DNA of 64,000 bases from Octopus sinensis (Eukaryota): positions 42,470,001 to 42,534,000 of the forward strand of contig NC_042998.1 of NCBI RefSeq assembly GCF_006345805.1, given 5' to 3'. The notes under the pieces are model-generated. The model was not told where the DNA came from and searched no databases. It saw only the letters and a program-made list of their open reading frames with translations. Shown piece by piece: positions 41,538 to 52,935 of this stretch. A program made the translations under genes and the position numbers. The first letter of the stretch is position 1; every line of letters begins with the position of its first letter.

Positions 41538-43255
41538 CATTTTTCTTTAGGTTTTGACAGTTACTCAAGCTAAACAACCACAGTACTTCTCATGCCTTGG
41601 AAAATGTACAAATTTTAAATAGCTTCTTCTTTCAGACTATACTTTTAAAACCCAGCCGTTTTTTAATAACCATCATTGTATCGAAACTCATTGTATCATC
41701 TGACCAATTCTTAATCATGTCAGCACATTCCAAATACTCTTATTGTACAACCCCACCCACTTGAATGCTCTGCCAACAGATTATAGATCCACTACTTGTA
41801 CACCATGTTCCCCTGACTACAGTTTTATGTCAATCAATGGCACATTTGAACCAGTAACTGAAAACCATCTTCTGAGGCGAGTCCTTTTACATTTCTCACA
41901 CATTTATTTTCTTTAATTTTTTTTTTACTCTGAATTGTTCTACTTAGCAATCAGATTCATATATTGTATCCCTGTCTACAATATTTAATATTGCTTGTGA
42001 TGTGAATATGTATGTGCACTTTGCTAAGGAATATAGTATATATAATACATAATAGAAACCATTATAATCTATGATGGGTCTTTTAACTACATGCTAGTGA
42101 TAGTTTTCTTAAGTTTGCTTTTTTTTAGACAAGTATTATACAAATACCTGAATTTCATTGTTTGTTCTCAATAGTATGGATTTCTCATTTTATATAGAGA
42201 TTGTCATAGTTGCAGCAGAGCTATATGCCTCACTACAATGCTGTTAAAAGAATATTCTTTTACAGTCATCTCTCTCTCTCTCTCTCTCATTCATATGGTA
42301 TCAGAAACTTATTTTTGCTTGCATGACTTGCATGTTGACTGGCAATGGAAAAGAACATACTTTATACAAACTTACACTCCGATTTCTCTTTGAGCTAATG
42401 TACACAGATATAAAGACGCATTCATTGACATCTTTGTGTAAATACTAACTTTTGTTTGTCAGTCATTCAAACTTGACTTTTCTGTTTGTGTTCTCTATTG
42501 GCCCGATGGGGTTAATTTATTCTATTTAATGCTAGTAAATATGTTGTGGTTATTAACATGCAATCTTAACCTATATTCTCCTTTACAAAGTTATGTATGC
42601 ATTCTCCCAAAGCTTAAACCAATAAATTTTTGTCTTTTTGAATTAAAATGATTATCAGAAACATTATATATGTATATGTGTATTTATTATTATTTTTATT
42701 GTATTTTTGTATCTATATTCATGTAACATTGTCTGTTTTTCTGTCCTTGTTTTCATATACATTCGATGCTTTTTTCCAAGGAATATAATGCTCTTAGCTT
42801 AGTTTTTCCTTGGGGCTGGCCAGATTGGAGTAATCTCAAGATTAATCAGCCAAAATTGCAAGGATGATTGGGTTCTTGACTGAGGATAAAAGGCTTCAAA
42901 TGACTCGTCCTTATTTTTTGTATCGTCTATCTGGATGTTTTGTTGTCCCTTTCTATATCACCTAGTTGTCCAGATGTTTTGCATTCTTGTCCCATTTTGT
43001 GTTTTATATATATATATATATATATAATAGAAATATTAAAATTACTAAGTCTCTCTAAAGGAGATTACGGCAGCGTTACTGGATATTAATAGTTATTGCC
43101 ATACTAATATGGCAGTCTATAAACATAAGACTAAAGCTGTTGCTGATTAGCTCCAAGAGGCCACCACCTCTAGCTAGCTATATGACACACGAACCTGCGT
43201 CCATTACAACCTTCGAATAGGGGAGGTCAGCCGCTTCACCTTGATAGTCAGACAT

Positions 43256-43296
43256 CTGCAGACATGTTTCAGGGTTGTTGCTCTTTATCAATGCAG
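43256..43296 (-). ncRNA. Minimal hammerhead in the inverted copy, with one stem II mismatch
   Basis: Reverse complement of the same motif, with AGAG/CCCT in stem II. Confidence 0.65.
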
Positions 43297-43374
43297 CGTA
43301 GTCAGAACCAGCAGGTGTCGCTACTGACCGTCTGTTCGAAGATTTTATTTACCTAGTTACAGTAGAATACTACG

Positions 43375-43415
43375 CTGCATTGATAAAGGGCAACAACCCT
43401 GAAACATGTCTGCAG
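43375..43415 (+). ncRNA. Minimal type I hammerhead ribozyme, U3-A8 core variant (copy 1)
   Basis: CTGCA-TTGATAA-AGGG(CAACAA)CCCT-GAAA-CATG-TC-TGCAG: 5-bp stem I, 4-bp stem II, palindromic stem III ACATGT, GUC cleavage triplet. Confidence 0.8.
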
Positions 43416-43736
43416 ATGTCTGACAAGCAAGGTGAAGCAGCTGACCTCCCCTGTTCGAAGGTTGTAATGGACGCAGGTTCGTGTGTCATATAGCTAGCTA
43501 GAGGCGGTGGCCTCTTGGACCTAATCAGTGGCAGCTTTAGTCTTATGTTTATAGACTGCCATATTAGTATGGCGATAACTATTAATATCCAGTAACGCTG
43601 CCGTAATCTCCTTTAGAGAGACTTAGTAATTTTAATATTTCTATTATTGAAAACAAGTGGATGTATTCCACTGTAACTAGGTAAATAAAATCTTCGAACA
43701 GACGGTCAGTAGCGACACCTGCTGGTTCTGACTAAG

Positions 43737-43777
43737 CTGCATTGATAAAGGGCAACAACCCTGAAACATGTCTGCAG
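43737..43777 (+). ncRNA. Minimal type I hammerhead ribozyme, U3-A8 core variant (copy 2)
   Basis: Identical 41-nt motif, 362 nt downstream of copy 1. Confidence 0.8.
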
Positions 43778-43948
43778 ATGTCTGACTAGCAAGGTGAAGC
43801 GGCTGATCTCCCCTGTTCGAAGGTTGTAATGGATGCAAGTTCGTGTGTCATATAGCTAGCTAGAGGCGGTGGCCTCTTGGAGCTAATCAGCGACAGCTTT
43901 AGTCTTATGTTTATAGACTGCCATATTAGTATGGCGATAACTATTAAT

Positions 43949-44017
<69 letters not shown>

Positions 44018-44236
44018 TTTTAAAAAGTGATAATCAAACAAGCATGTTCAAACTATATTCAAAATCATTTTCAGAACCCTTTTATTTGCAGGAAACAAAA
44101 ACAGAAATAGACAAACATCAACAGTATTGGTTTATTTTGATAAACTATTAAACCAATATGTATACAAATGTTTATGTCACACTCTGTGCATTTAGCTAGC
44201 TTATCTGAAAAAAAAGTTACAATTCATATGACTTGC

Positions 44237-44309
44237 CTGTAGACCAAGGAGCCAAATCATCATTGATTCATGATTTTCTGCACAAAATATGTATTCTTTT
44301 CCATTGCAC
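44237..44309 (-). CDS. TBC1D2: Coding exon 3, PH C-terminal helix (CNGKEYIFCAENHESMMIWLLGLQ), GC donor
   Basis: tgtcag acceptor; CAG|GCAAGT non-canonical donor; PH helix with the conserved Trp. Confidence 0.85.
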
Positions 44310-44766
44310 CTGACAAACAGTAAAGGGAATAATAAGTAACAATTCTTCCTTCATTTTTCTTTGAGTATATTATTGAATTATCTCAAATCAATGAATTCAT
44401 TAATAATAATAATGAATATCAACAATAGTAATAATTATATCAACAGTAAACTCACTTGGTACACTCTGCACAAAACAAGTAACACAGAGCCTATCACAAC
44501 TCAATAAAATAACATAACTCACATATTCCTCTCTCTACAATACAGTAATATAATACATACTATTTCATAATTAGCACCCACTTCTATAAAATCAACAACT
44601 TACCTACCTTACATTATATGCCTATTAATATAATGCTGCACAACCATACTCTACACCAATGGTTCTCGACCTTTTGTACCTCAGTGTTCCCTTTCACTGA
44701 ATGGTATTTTACAAATAAAAATAAAAGTTTAAAAAATAGGCACTTAAGGTGGCAAGCTGGCAGAAT

Positions 44767-45147
44767 TGAAGTGACGCCATCTTGGAAATCTCCAGAACGC
44801 ATGCGCAGGGTTGGAGTCTTCCGGGAGGCCTGCCGGAAGTTCCCTCATGCACATGCACAGAAAACTAGCAGCAGCAAAAATTCTCTGGTATCACCCTCTT
44901 GAACGCCAGCAGCTGAACGTGTCTGCATCAGCTCTCTCGAGCTGCTACTTCATGGTGCCTCTCCACTATGCTTGAATGGGCATAGTGCCGATTCGCCCAG
45001 TGGAAGGAAATGTTTATATTGCAAATTAAGAATAAATATTTATACTGTTGAAGTTAATCGGAAGTCTTGACTCTTTCTTTGATTAATATTTAATGTAAGG
45101 GATGCGAGATGCACCCATCCAGTGCGGGAATCTCTCATCCTGTTACA
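44767..45147. mobile_element. Solo LTR (381 bp) inserted in a SINE head
   Basis: TG...CA termini; 4-bp TSD GAAT (44763-44766 and 45148-45151); internal AATAAA; splits the SINE motif GGCAAGCTGGCAGAAT|CATTA. Confidence 0.75.
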
Positions 45148-46972
45148 GAATCATTACCAGCATTTAGTTCATCTTTACATTCTGAGTTCAAATTCTGCCA
45201 AGGTTGACTATGCCTTTCAGGAGCAGAAACTAGCTAATTTTGCAAAATGGTTTTTATCCCCCATCTAGTACATGCCAGCTTTTAGATACTTGCTCAGACT
45301 AGTGACTTTGATGTTAGATTTTTATAGAAATTACTAAAGATGGTGAGGATTTATACAACAAAATTATATTGGCCGTTGGTGCATTATCTGTCATATCTGT
45401 ACTCACTGATAATTCAATGGCCTACTCATATTCTAATTCCAACAAAGATTTTTGTTTGAAAATATATTTCAAATATAAATATTGTGCCTGGTTTAAATAT
45501 TTTATTTATAACAAAAATCACGAACCCTCTAAACACTCAGTGCCCTCCCCCAGATGAACCAACTTGATATTTGATGAATCCTCAAGAGCTCACAATATTC
45601 TCAAGGGATCGCTTATACATATGTTAACAACAACTATTTTACAAAAACTGACCCAACACCAAAACATATAACACATCTTGCACAGTGTATATGAAAGACA
45701 ATTGTCAGACATGTACATAGAAAGTGTGTGCAGGAGAAGAAAGATAATGAATGAGTTCATAATCTAGCACAAAATGCATTTAAATGACTTCAATACAAAA
45801 CTGAAAGGATGCAAAAAAATGGTAATGGATATATGACTTTATCTGTGTTTTTAAGAAGAAATTTAACCTGTGTGAACCTCGATTACTTGATGGTAATATT
45901 ACACTCTGTACAACCTGAACGTCCTGTGACAAGACACATGTGTCTCATGCCAATCTCAACTCAGAGAAAAGGGCATCAAAATTTTTAAATAATGGTCGCT
46001 ACTTTTCCACATTGAGAAGTCATAGCTCTGGTAATATGGACGTGTGATTAGAATGTCACAAGAAAGATTAAAACTGATTCTTCAAACCAATGAGACCATG
46101 AGTGAGAAAGATGACTAATATTCATAGTTTCAGTAGGTCATGCTTGAGAATTTAGCAGGAAAGTGTAATGATAGTTGCTTCGGATAGGACTCTATGGAGG
46201 AAGTGCCTGAGGATTTTGTCCCATGACTCTCTCAGGAATAGTGGGCAGAGAAGATGGATGAATAAATTTCAAGAAAGACTGCCTACTTTATAAATCCTTC
46301 AGAATGATTTTTCCTATTTTTCAGGATACCTTCTCTGTTAGTGTCAGTTAGGTATCAGAACATTTCTGATTTGAATTAATTGAGACCCATGTAATTCTGT
46401 GTTGAAGAATAAGTTTTTCGAGAGTCATTATCAGCACATTTTATCAATATCTTGTACTAAATTATATCAAGATTAAATGTTTGGCCTCAGAAATTAAGTT
46501 AATGCTCAGTAACACATGTAACTGTGAACAATTATATTATGGGCTTGAATAAGTTTTGACTTTAGTTTCACCCTACTCCTCATATCAAGACTAAAAGTGG
46601 CTACAGTTCAGTCTTTGGTGCCAAAAGTTGATATATTGATTAAATCAAGTATCAAAGAGCAATAGTACAAGATACGCGACAGAGTAATTAAGATAATTTC
46701 ATAACTAATTTTGTTTACTTGTTTGTTAACATGAATGTGGAATAAATTCACGTTCCTTATTTTTAAAGTGATTGCAATCTGTTCCAACATAGTTATGTTA
46801 TCTGTCCTGAATTCTATATACTCATCATATATTTGGCTGACTAGAGTAAATGATTTTGATATCCTTGATGCTGCGGTTCCTTCACTGGCTCATAACTGCA
46901 GGTGCTGTTGGAGAAGTAGCTGTTAGAGTTGAAAGCTCTTTCTATTGCAAATTACACAGTTTTAACATAGGA

Positions 46973-48224
46973 ATGGTGAAGGTGGGAGTCTGGATGACCC
47001 CTGTGCAAAGACAATCCAAACACAGACAGGTGTTGTAATGAATGACCAGTAGAGCGGAAATGGCATGAGACTGGGGTGTCATTGCCATGTCTAATATATA
47101 CATATATATCTACACTTGTTTTTGTTTTTCAGTTTAAACAAAAGAACTTCACTGAAAATTACTCTTAGGTCTTTTGACTGTCAAAACATTTTAAATAAAA
47201 TTCTAATCTAAGTAAAATCATTGTCAAGAATTAAATGGTAACATTAAGGGTGATGTATATTTTATGTACTTGGTGTAGCAAATTGAAAGAATCTGTTTAT
47301 AAAATGAAGCCTCTCTATTCATAATTTATAAAGCTTGTGATATTTACATAATGACAAACTGGTTTTGTCGTTCCATGTCCAATATAATTGCAGAATCTTT
47401 TATATTCATGATGTCTGTCGGAGATCCTTTTAATGATTCTTGTTCATTCTTGTAACATAGCAACTGGCATTTCTTTTCTTCAAATACACACCATAATTTC
47501 TTTTTTGCTTTTAGTTTCTGAAAGGCTACAATTTATGAAATATGAAATTGAAATATTTTAATTAAACATTATACATGAAAGCAAATTAATAATAATGAAA
47601 AAAAAAAAATGATGCGATTCCAAGTCCAACAGTCATATTAGAATAATGATTAAACGTTAATTTAAAATGTTTATAAATCAAAATTAAAACTTCTTTCAAG
47701 GATTAATTTGCTTCTGGATATATTTCTTGGAGAGCATATTAAAAGTGAACAGTTTGACAATATTTTTTAGATATTTATTCAAGTATACAGTGCTTAGGAT
47801 ATTTTAAAATTACAAAGTGGGCTGAACTTATTCAAATTATTGACTTGAAATTACTCTAGCTGAACTCTCTTTTTATGTTAACAGTGAGATTTTTTATACA
47901 CACACACACACACACGTGCATACACATATATATAGGCAAATCAGAAATTATAAATAAAAAACAACAAAAGTCAAAAGGACATACTTATGAAATGTATTTG
48001 CTTGATGCTCAGTATAAGATGGAAAAATGAGTGGGTGTATAACGTTTCCAGCACGACTCTTTGTCAAGTGTGTGTGTGTGTGTAAATATATATATATATA
48101 TGTTAGACTTGGCAATGACACCCTGGTCTCATGCCATTTCCGCTCTACTGGTCATTCATTACAACACCTGTCTGCGTTTGGATTGTCTTTGCACAGGGGC
48201 CATCCAGACACCCACCTTCACCAT
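46973..48224. repeat. 122-bp inverted repeat pair (46973-47094 and 48103-48224) bracketing coding exon 2
   Basis: Direct reverse-complement comparison shows only scattered mismatches. Confidence 0.85.
47348..47525 (-). CDS. TBC1D2: Coding exon 2, PH domain (SFQKLKAKKKLWCVFEEKKCQLLCYKNEQESLKGSPTDIMNIKDSAIILDMERQNQFVIM)
   Basis: tgtag acceptor matching the phase 1 donor of exon 1; GTAAAT donor, phase 2; W.VF...KCQL resembles the TBC1D2 PH domain. Confidence 0.85.
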
Positions 48225-48819
48225 GAACAAGAATTAATCTTCTCTCTTTGCTCCTTTGCACCACATGAGCTCAACTCCCCTTCCCTCTTCATCTGACTCC
48301 CCTCCTCTTTCCTCTCTTCATCATTACCCCTCCATCCACAAACCGTCCCTACACATCCCAACCCCACCATCCCAACACATCCAAACCCCACCACCCCACA
48401 CAACCCCAAACATCCCACTCCCACATACCCGACCCTACCACATCCCATCACGTACTCCTCACACACTAGCACTGACCACTTCTCAACACCCACACCACAC
48501 CATACACCACCACACCACATTATGCCACACCACATCACACCACTCCACACACACTAGCACTGACCACTTCCCAGCACCCACGCCATCATCCACACACCCA
48601 CACATTACAGACACACACACATGCACACATCAAGGTCACCAGCCCTTATTCACATGTACACACACTCTCGCATACACATGCACACACACCTTCGTTTTAG
48701 GATCACCAATAATTTATTATCTTCCCTTCTTCCTAGCTCTCATATTTAACCACCTTTGTCCAGGTAGCCACAATGATTGACCACTAGTTACTAAAGCTTT
48801 TTTAATTCTCCCTCTGTTT

Positions 48820-48960
48820 ATTTTCTCATGTTCCTTTCTATTGAAGAGCATAGGCTTGAAACGTAAAAGACTTACTCACCTTTGGAGCATTAAACTTATA
48901 CACCTGTTTGTTGTTTATACACCTGTCTATGGCTTTTGTTTTTCTGTAAATTCTAACTAT
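48820..48960 (+). repeat. Short repeat with a decayed hammerhead (48834-48869); a related copy lies on the minus strand at ~862-1020 (motif 953-986)
   Basis: CTTT-CTATTGA-A-GAGC(ATAG)GCTT-GAAA-CG-TA-AAAG; the other copy reads CTTT-CTGTTGA-A-AAGC(GTAG)GCTT-GAAA-C. Confidence 0.55.
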
Positions 48961-50694
48961 ATATATATTTATATATATATAAAGGCTGTCATTTTTTAGT
49001 ATCAGAGCATTTAATAAATTATAATGAATTTACAAATGCAGTACAGTATTGAATCCACAAGGTTTATTCTAAAGTATATCATAGTATACAAAATTAACAC
49101 AGGTTAGTAATTTACCCATCAAATTATCTATATCCAGTTTACTAATAGTAGCTAAAAATATAATATAACTATGGGTACCTAGAGAAAGTAATTAAGTTAC
49201 TGATGAAATCACAATAACTAGTCCAGCTGACACCCCTTTTCCTATTCCTAGTGAAATTTAAAAACAAAAAAGAGTGCATTTAATTAATTTATGTTTACGG
49301 TGCAAGCTTAAACATGTAATTTATTCTGTTACATATCATAGCATGAAATTATCTCGAGTACGGATTTCTCATAGAAAAGAAAAGAGAGCAATCGACTCTT
49401 CAAAATCTGAAATGTTCTCAATAGCATCCCAGTATTATATTTTGCACTAATAATTGGTTGGCATCACATTTGATAATCATACCCTTTACTCATTTCATAA
49501 CATGCTGGGTCCTATAGGTGTATGCTAAATTGAACTATTCTCTGAATCGATGTTTTAGAAGTGATGCCAATTATATCAGTAATTTCAGAAAGCACCCTGA
49601 GAGCCAAATTTCTATAGACTCAAATGGGCAACAGGATATAATTCTCTAATACACACTTCAGAAGAGAATAGTTCCAAAACAACCAAAATGAAATATGAGT
49701 GAAACACCATTTGACTGACCAGGGGCAAGAAAATAACATTATTTAAGCCTATATAAATATCATATTGATATGTCCAGTAAAAAATTACAAGCTGTCTTAA
49801 ATGGCTTACTTTGACTAGAAAAATGTTTATAGGTAAATGATTAAGCAAGAGGTGATAGCTAAAGATGCACAGAACTGCTGTCAAATAAGGATGCTGTCCT
49901 AAAGGGAAAAGAATTGTTGCTGTTCATGTCTAAGTTGACCTAGGAATAAAAGCGTTCTAACCACAACTATCCTCAGGTTTCTTCCAGATGCAGTGCTTCT
50001 AGAACATGTCCAATGTGACCTTTGTTTTGGGGGGATGGTCGACTTATATGAATAAGATTTGGTTACTATTTTTAGCAGGCTGAACTGCCACTTATAGGCT
50101 TCCTCGTTGGCTTGAGTGAGACAGGTGTTGTGTTGGGGGTCAAGTACCATATTAAGATTTAATTAATCGAACTCATCGTCACATTGTACTCTTACTTGTG
50201 TATGCAGTAGAGTGAGATATGGGTTTTTGATTGTTGATGTTTGTACTTTGTGACACAAAAGTTGTCAAGAATTGTAAAACGAATAAAATGAACTCTTTTT
50301 GATGTTAATTCTGTTATGAAAAATGCACTGCTGAACATCTTGTATTTGATAACATGGTATAAAAATGTCAAAGTAACTCTCAAATATTGACTTAAATATA
50401 GCTGGAACAAATCTACAAACATTGTTTGTTATAGGTGGAGCAGAAGGTCACCTAACCTGTGAAACAGAGTGGCATTATGTAAGAGAAGCATGCATAAAAC
50501 TGAAAAAAAAATAATAATAAAAAAAAGTAATCAAATATAAAAGAAAAAATCAATCAAGCCTTTCTAAATGTTTTTCCAAATTTTATAAACTTGCATTAAA
50601 AGTAGGTCAAAATCCTGCACAAGTAGATTAAAGATTTTTAAAAGTAGGTAAAATAAATAAAATCATTTCTATATTTAAGAGATGAGGAATAACG

Positions 50695-50850
50695 TACATT
50701 ATTTACATTTGACAGATATTTGTCCTCATCTTGTTTGTTGTTAAACACAACGTTACAGCTGATATACCCTCCAGCCTTCATCAGTTGTCTTGGGGAAATT
50801 TTAAATCTGGGTTCTCATTCCTAAGGTATTTTTTGATATCATCATCATCA

Positions 50851-50904
<54 letters not shown>

Positions 50905-50916
50905 TCCAGGCAGTGA

Positions 50917-50947
<31 letters not shown>

Positions 50948-51172
50948 CATGATGATGATGATGATGATGATGATGAGGATGATGATGATGATGATGAGGA
51001 TGATGAGGATGATGATGATGATGATGATAATAATAACATCTAGAAATACCTTAGGAATGAGAACCCAGGTTTGAAATTTCCCAAGATACCTGATGAAGGC
51101 TGGAAGGTATATCAGCTGAAATGTGTTAACAACAAACAAGATGACAAATATCCGTCAAATGTAAATAATGTA
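50695..51172. mobile_element. Inverted repeat (~140-bp arms) around ATT/ATC microsatellites, each arm with a decayed hammerhead (minus 50744-50789, plus 51085-51127)
   Basis: CTGATGA-A-GGCTG...CAGCT-GAAA or GTAA; the minus arm retains CG-TT-GTGTT. Confidence 0.65.
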
Positions 51173-52585
51173 TATAATGTAAAGAATGTAAATAAAATCA
51201 TATACTTATTAAGTGAAATTTCTTAAAAATTAATTTAACTTTATATTTCAGAAAAAAGGTGTTTACTATGTGATTCAGTGAATTTTCAAAATAAGATTTT
51301 GAATAAAATATATGCAGCTTTTCCTGTTTATTGGTATAATGAATTAATTGCATTACAAATTAACCAGTTCTTATATGCAAAATTATGAGTAGGCTTTTAC
51401 CAGTTGACATGCTGTTGTTTAGTTCTAGATCAACCATGAATAAGTAAATCTGTGACCAAAATATTCCAGCTGTGACCATCCTGCCTTTTTAGAAGTATAT
51501 AGAATGTGTGATGATGGGTTAGCTTGGATAAGCAGGTATTATAATAATTCTTATTTGGAATTGGATCTCAGGACCATATGAGTGAGATCGTTTCCACCAT
51601 ATGAGTGAGATCATTGCCAGAGCAACAAGCTGGCCTCCGTGCCGATGGCACATTAAAAGAAACACCATTCGAGTGTGATCATTACCTGCTTCGCCTTACT
51701 AGCACCTGTGCTGGTGGCATGTGAAAAACATTAGAAGTGAGGTTGTTGCCAGTGATGCTGGACTGGCTCCTGTGCAGGTGGCACATAAAAAGCACCATTT
51801 CGAGCATGGCCATTGCCAGTACCGCCTGACTGGCCCTTGTACAGGTGGCACGTAAAAGCACCCACTACACTCTTGGAGTGGTTGGCGTTAGTAAGGGCAT
51901 CCAGCTGTAGAAACTCTACCAGATCAGATTGGAGACTGGTGCAGCCATCTGGTTCGCCAGACCACAGTCAAATCGTCCAACCCATGCTAACATGGAAAGC
52001 AGACGTTAAACGATGATGATGATGATGATGACTACATATAAAGTTATAAGCAATAGCATGTAAATATTGGGTCGGAAACCTTTTTGGATAGAAAAAAGTT
52101 AATGGCTCAAATCCACATCTCCTGTAGACATGACAGATATAACAATATTTTTTTTTTCTATCTTTAAGTCAGAAGGAAGAGCAGTACCTGTGACCTGAGG
52201 TGTCTATGACCTATTACAGGGCCTCTGAGACTAGTGGACAGAAGGGAGGAAGCTATTCTCAAGTTAGAAATATGGCCTGAATGCATGCAACAAAGTGGAC
52301 TCTGTTAAAAGCATCCAAGATGCCAGGTGTTGGTGTCAAACTGGAGCAACAAGCTGAGTCTACCACCTTAACAGGACATGGCAGAATTTGAACTCAGAAC
52401 ACAAAGAACTGGAACAAATATTGCAAAACACCTGGTCTGATGTTCTCACATTTCTATCAATTTGCTGTTTTGAATTGATACTTTTCTATCAAACTCCAAA
52501 TCATGAAAGACAGTGCATAGCTAAAGTAATAAAATATATCAAATATATTCAGCATAATTTAATTAGCCATATACATACATGCATA

Positions 52586-52629
<44 letters not shown>

Positions 52630-52883
52630 TACATACATATATGCATGCATGCATGCATGCATGCATGCATGCATGCATACATACATACATACATACATAC
52701 ATACATACATACATACATACATACATACATACATACATACATACATACATACATACATACATACATACATACATACATACATACATACATACATGTATAC
52801 ATATACATATTTTATTTTATTTTTGTATATAAATTGCTGAAATAGCCAATGCTAAAATTACAAAAATGCAAATTTTTACTCAC

Positions 52884-52935
52884 ATCCACCTGGTTTATAA
52901 TGTAAATATCCCGACAAGCTGTGCCAACCAGACAT
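52884..52935 (-). CDS. TBC1D2: TBC1D2-like coding exon 1 (MSGWHSLSGYLHYKPGG); the exon begins at 52987 with 5'UTR
   Basis: tttcag acceptor before 52987; in-frame TAG upstream of ATG 52935; GTGAGT donor, phase 1; LSGYL is PH beta-1. Confidence 0.8.

Larger units (their letters stand above)
43024..43950. mobile_element. Penelope-like or retrozyme-like element: ~362-bp unit present as one inverted copy plus a partial tandem, inserted in (TA)n
   Basis: 43024-43302 is the near-perfect reverse complement of 43369-43647; 43731-43950 directly repeats 43369-43588; (TA)n on both flanks; each copy carries a hammerhead. Confidence 0.8.

Noticed and set aside
42730-43005. Repeat-like block with partial hairpins next to the 43-kb element
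   Set aside because: No ribozyme core or transposon termini could be assigned
47518-47520. Alternative ttcag acceptor 8 nt inside exon 2
   Set aside because: Phase 0 is incompatible with the phase 1 donor of exon 1 and would frameshift
48218-48780. 174-aa His/Pro/Thr-rich ORF
   Set aside because: CA-rich low-complexity DNA with no splice or homology support
50192-50422. Minus-strand ORF ending at a GTAAGA donor
   Set aside because: No similarity to the PH domain; exons 1 and 2 join directly (GG-S-FQKLK)
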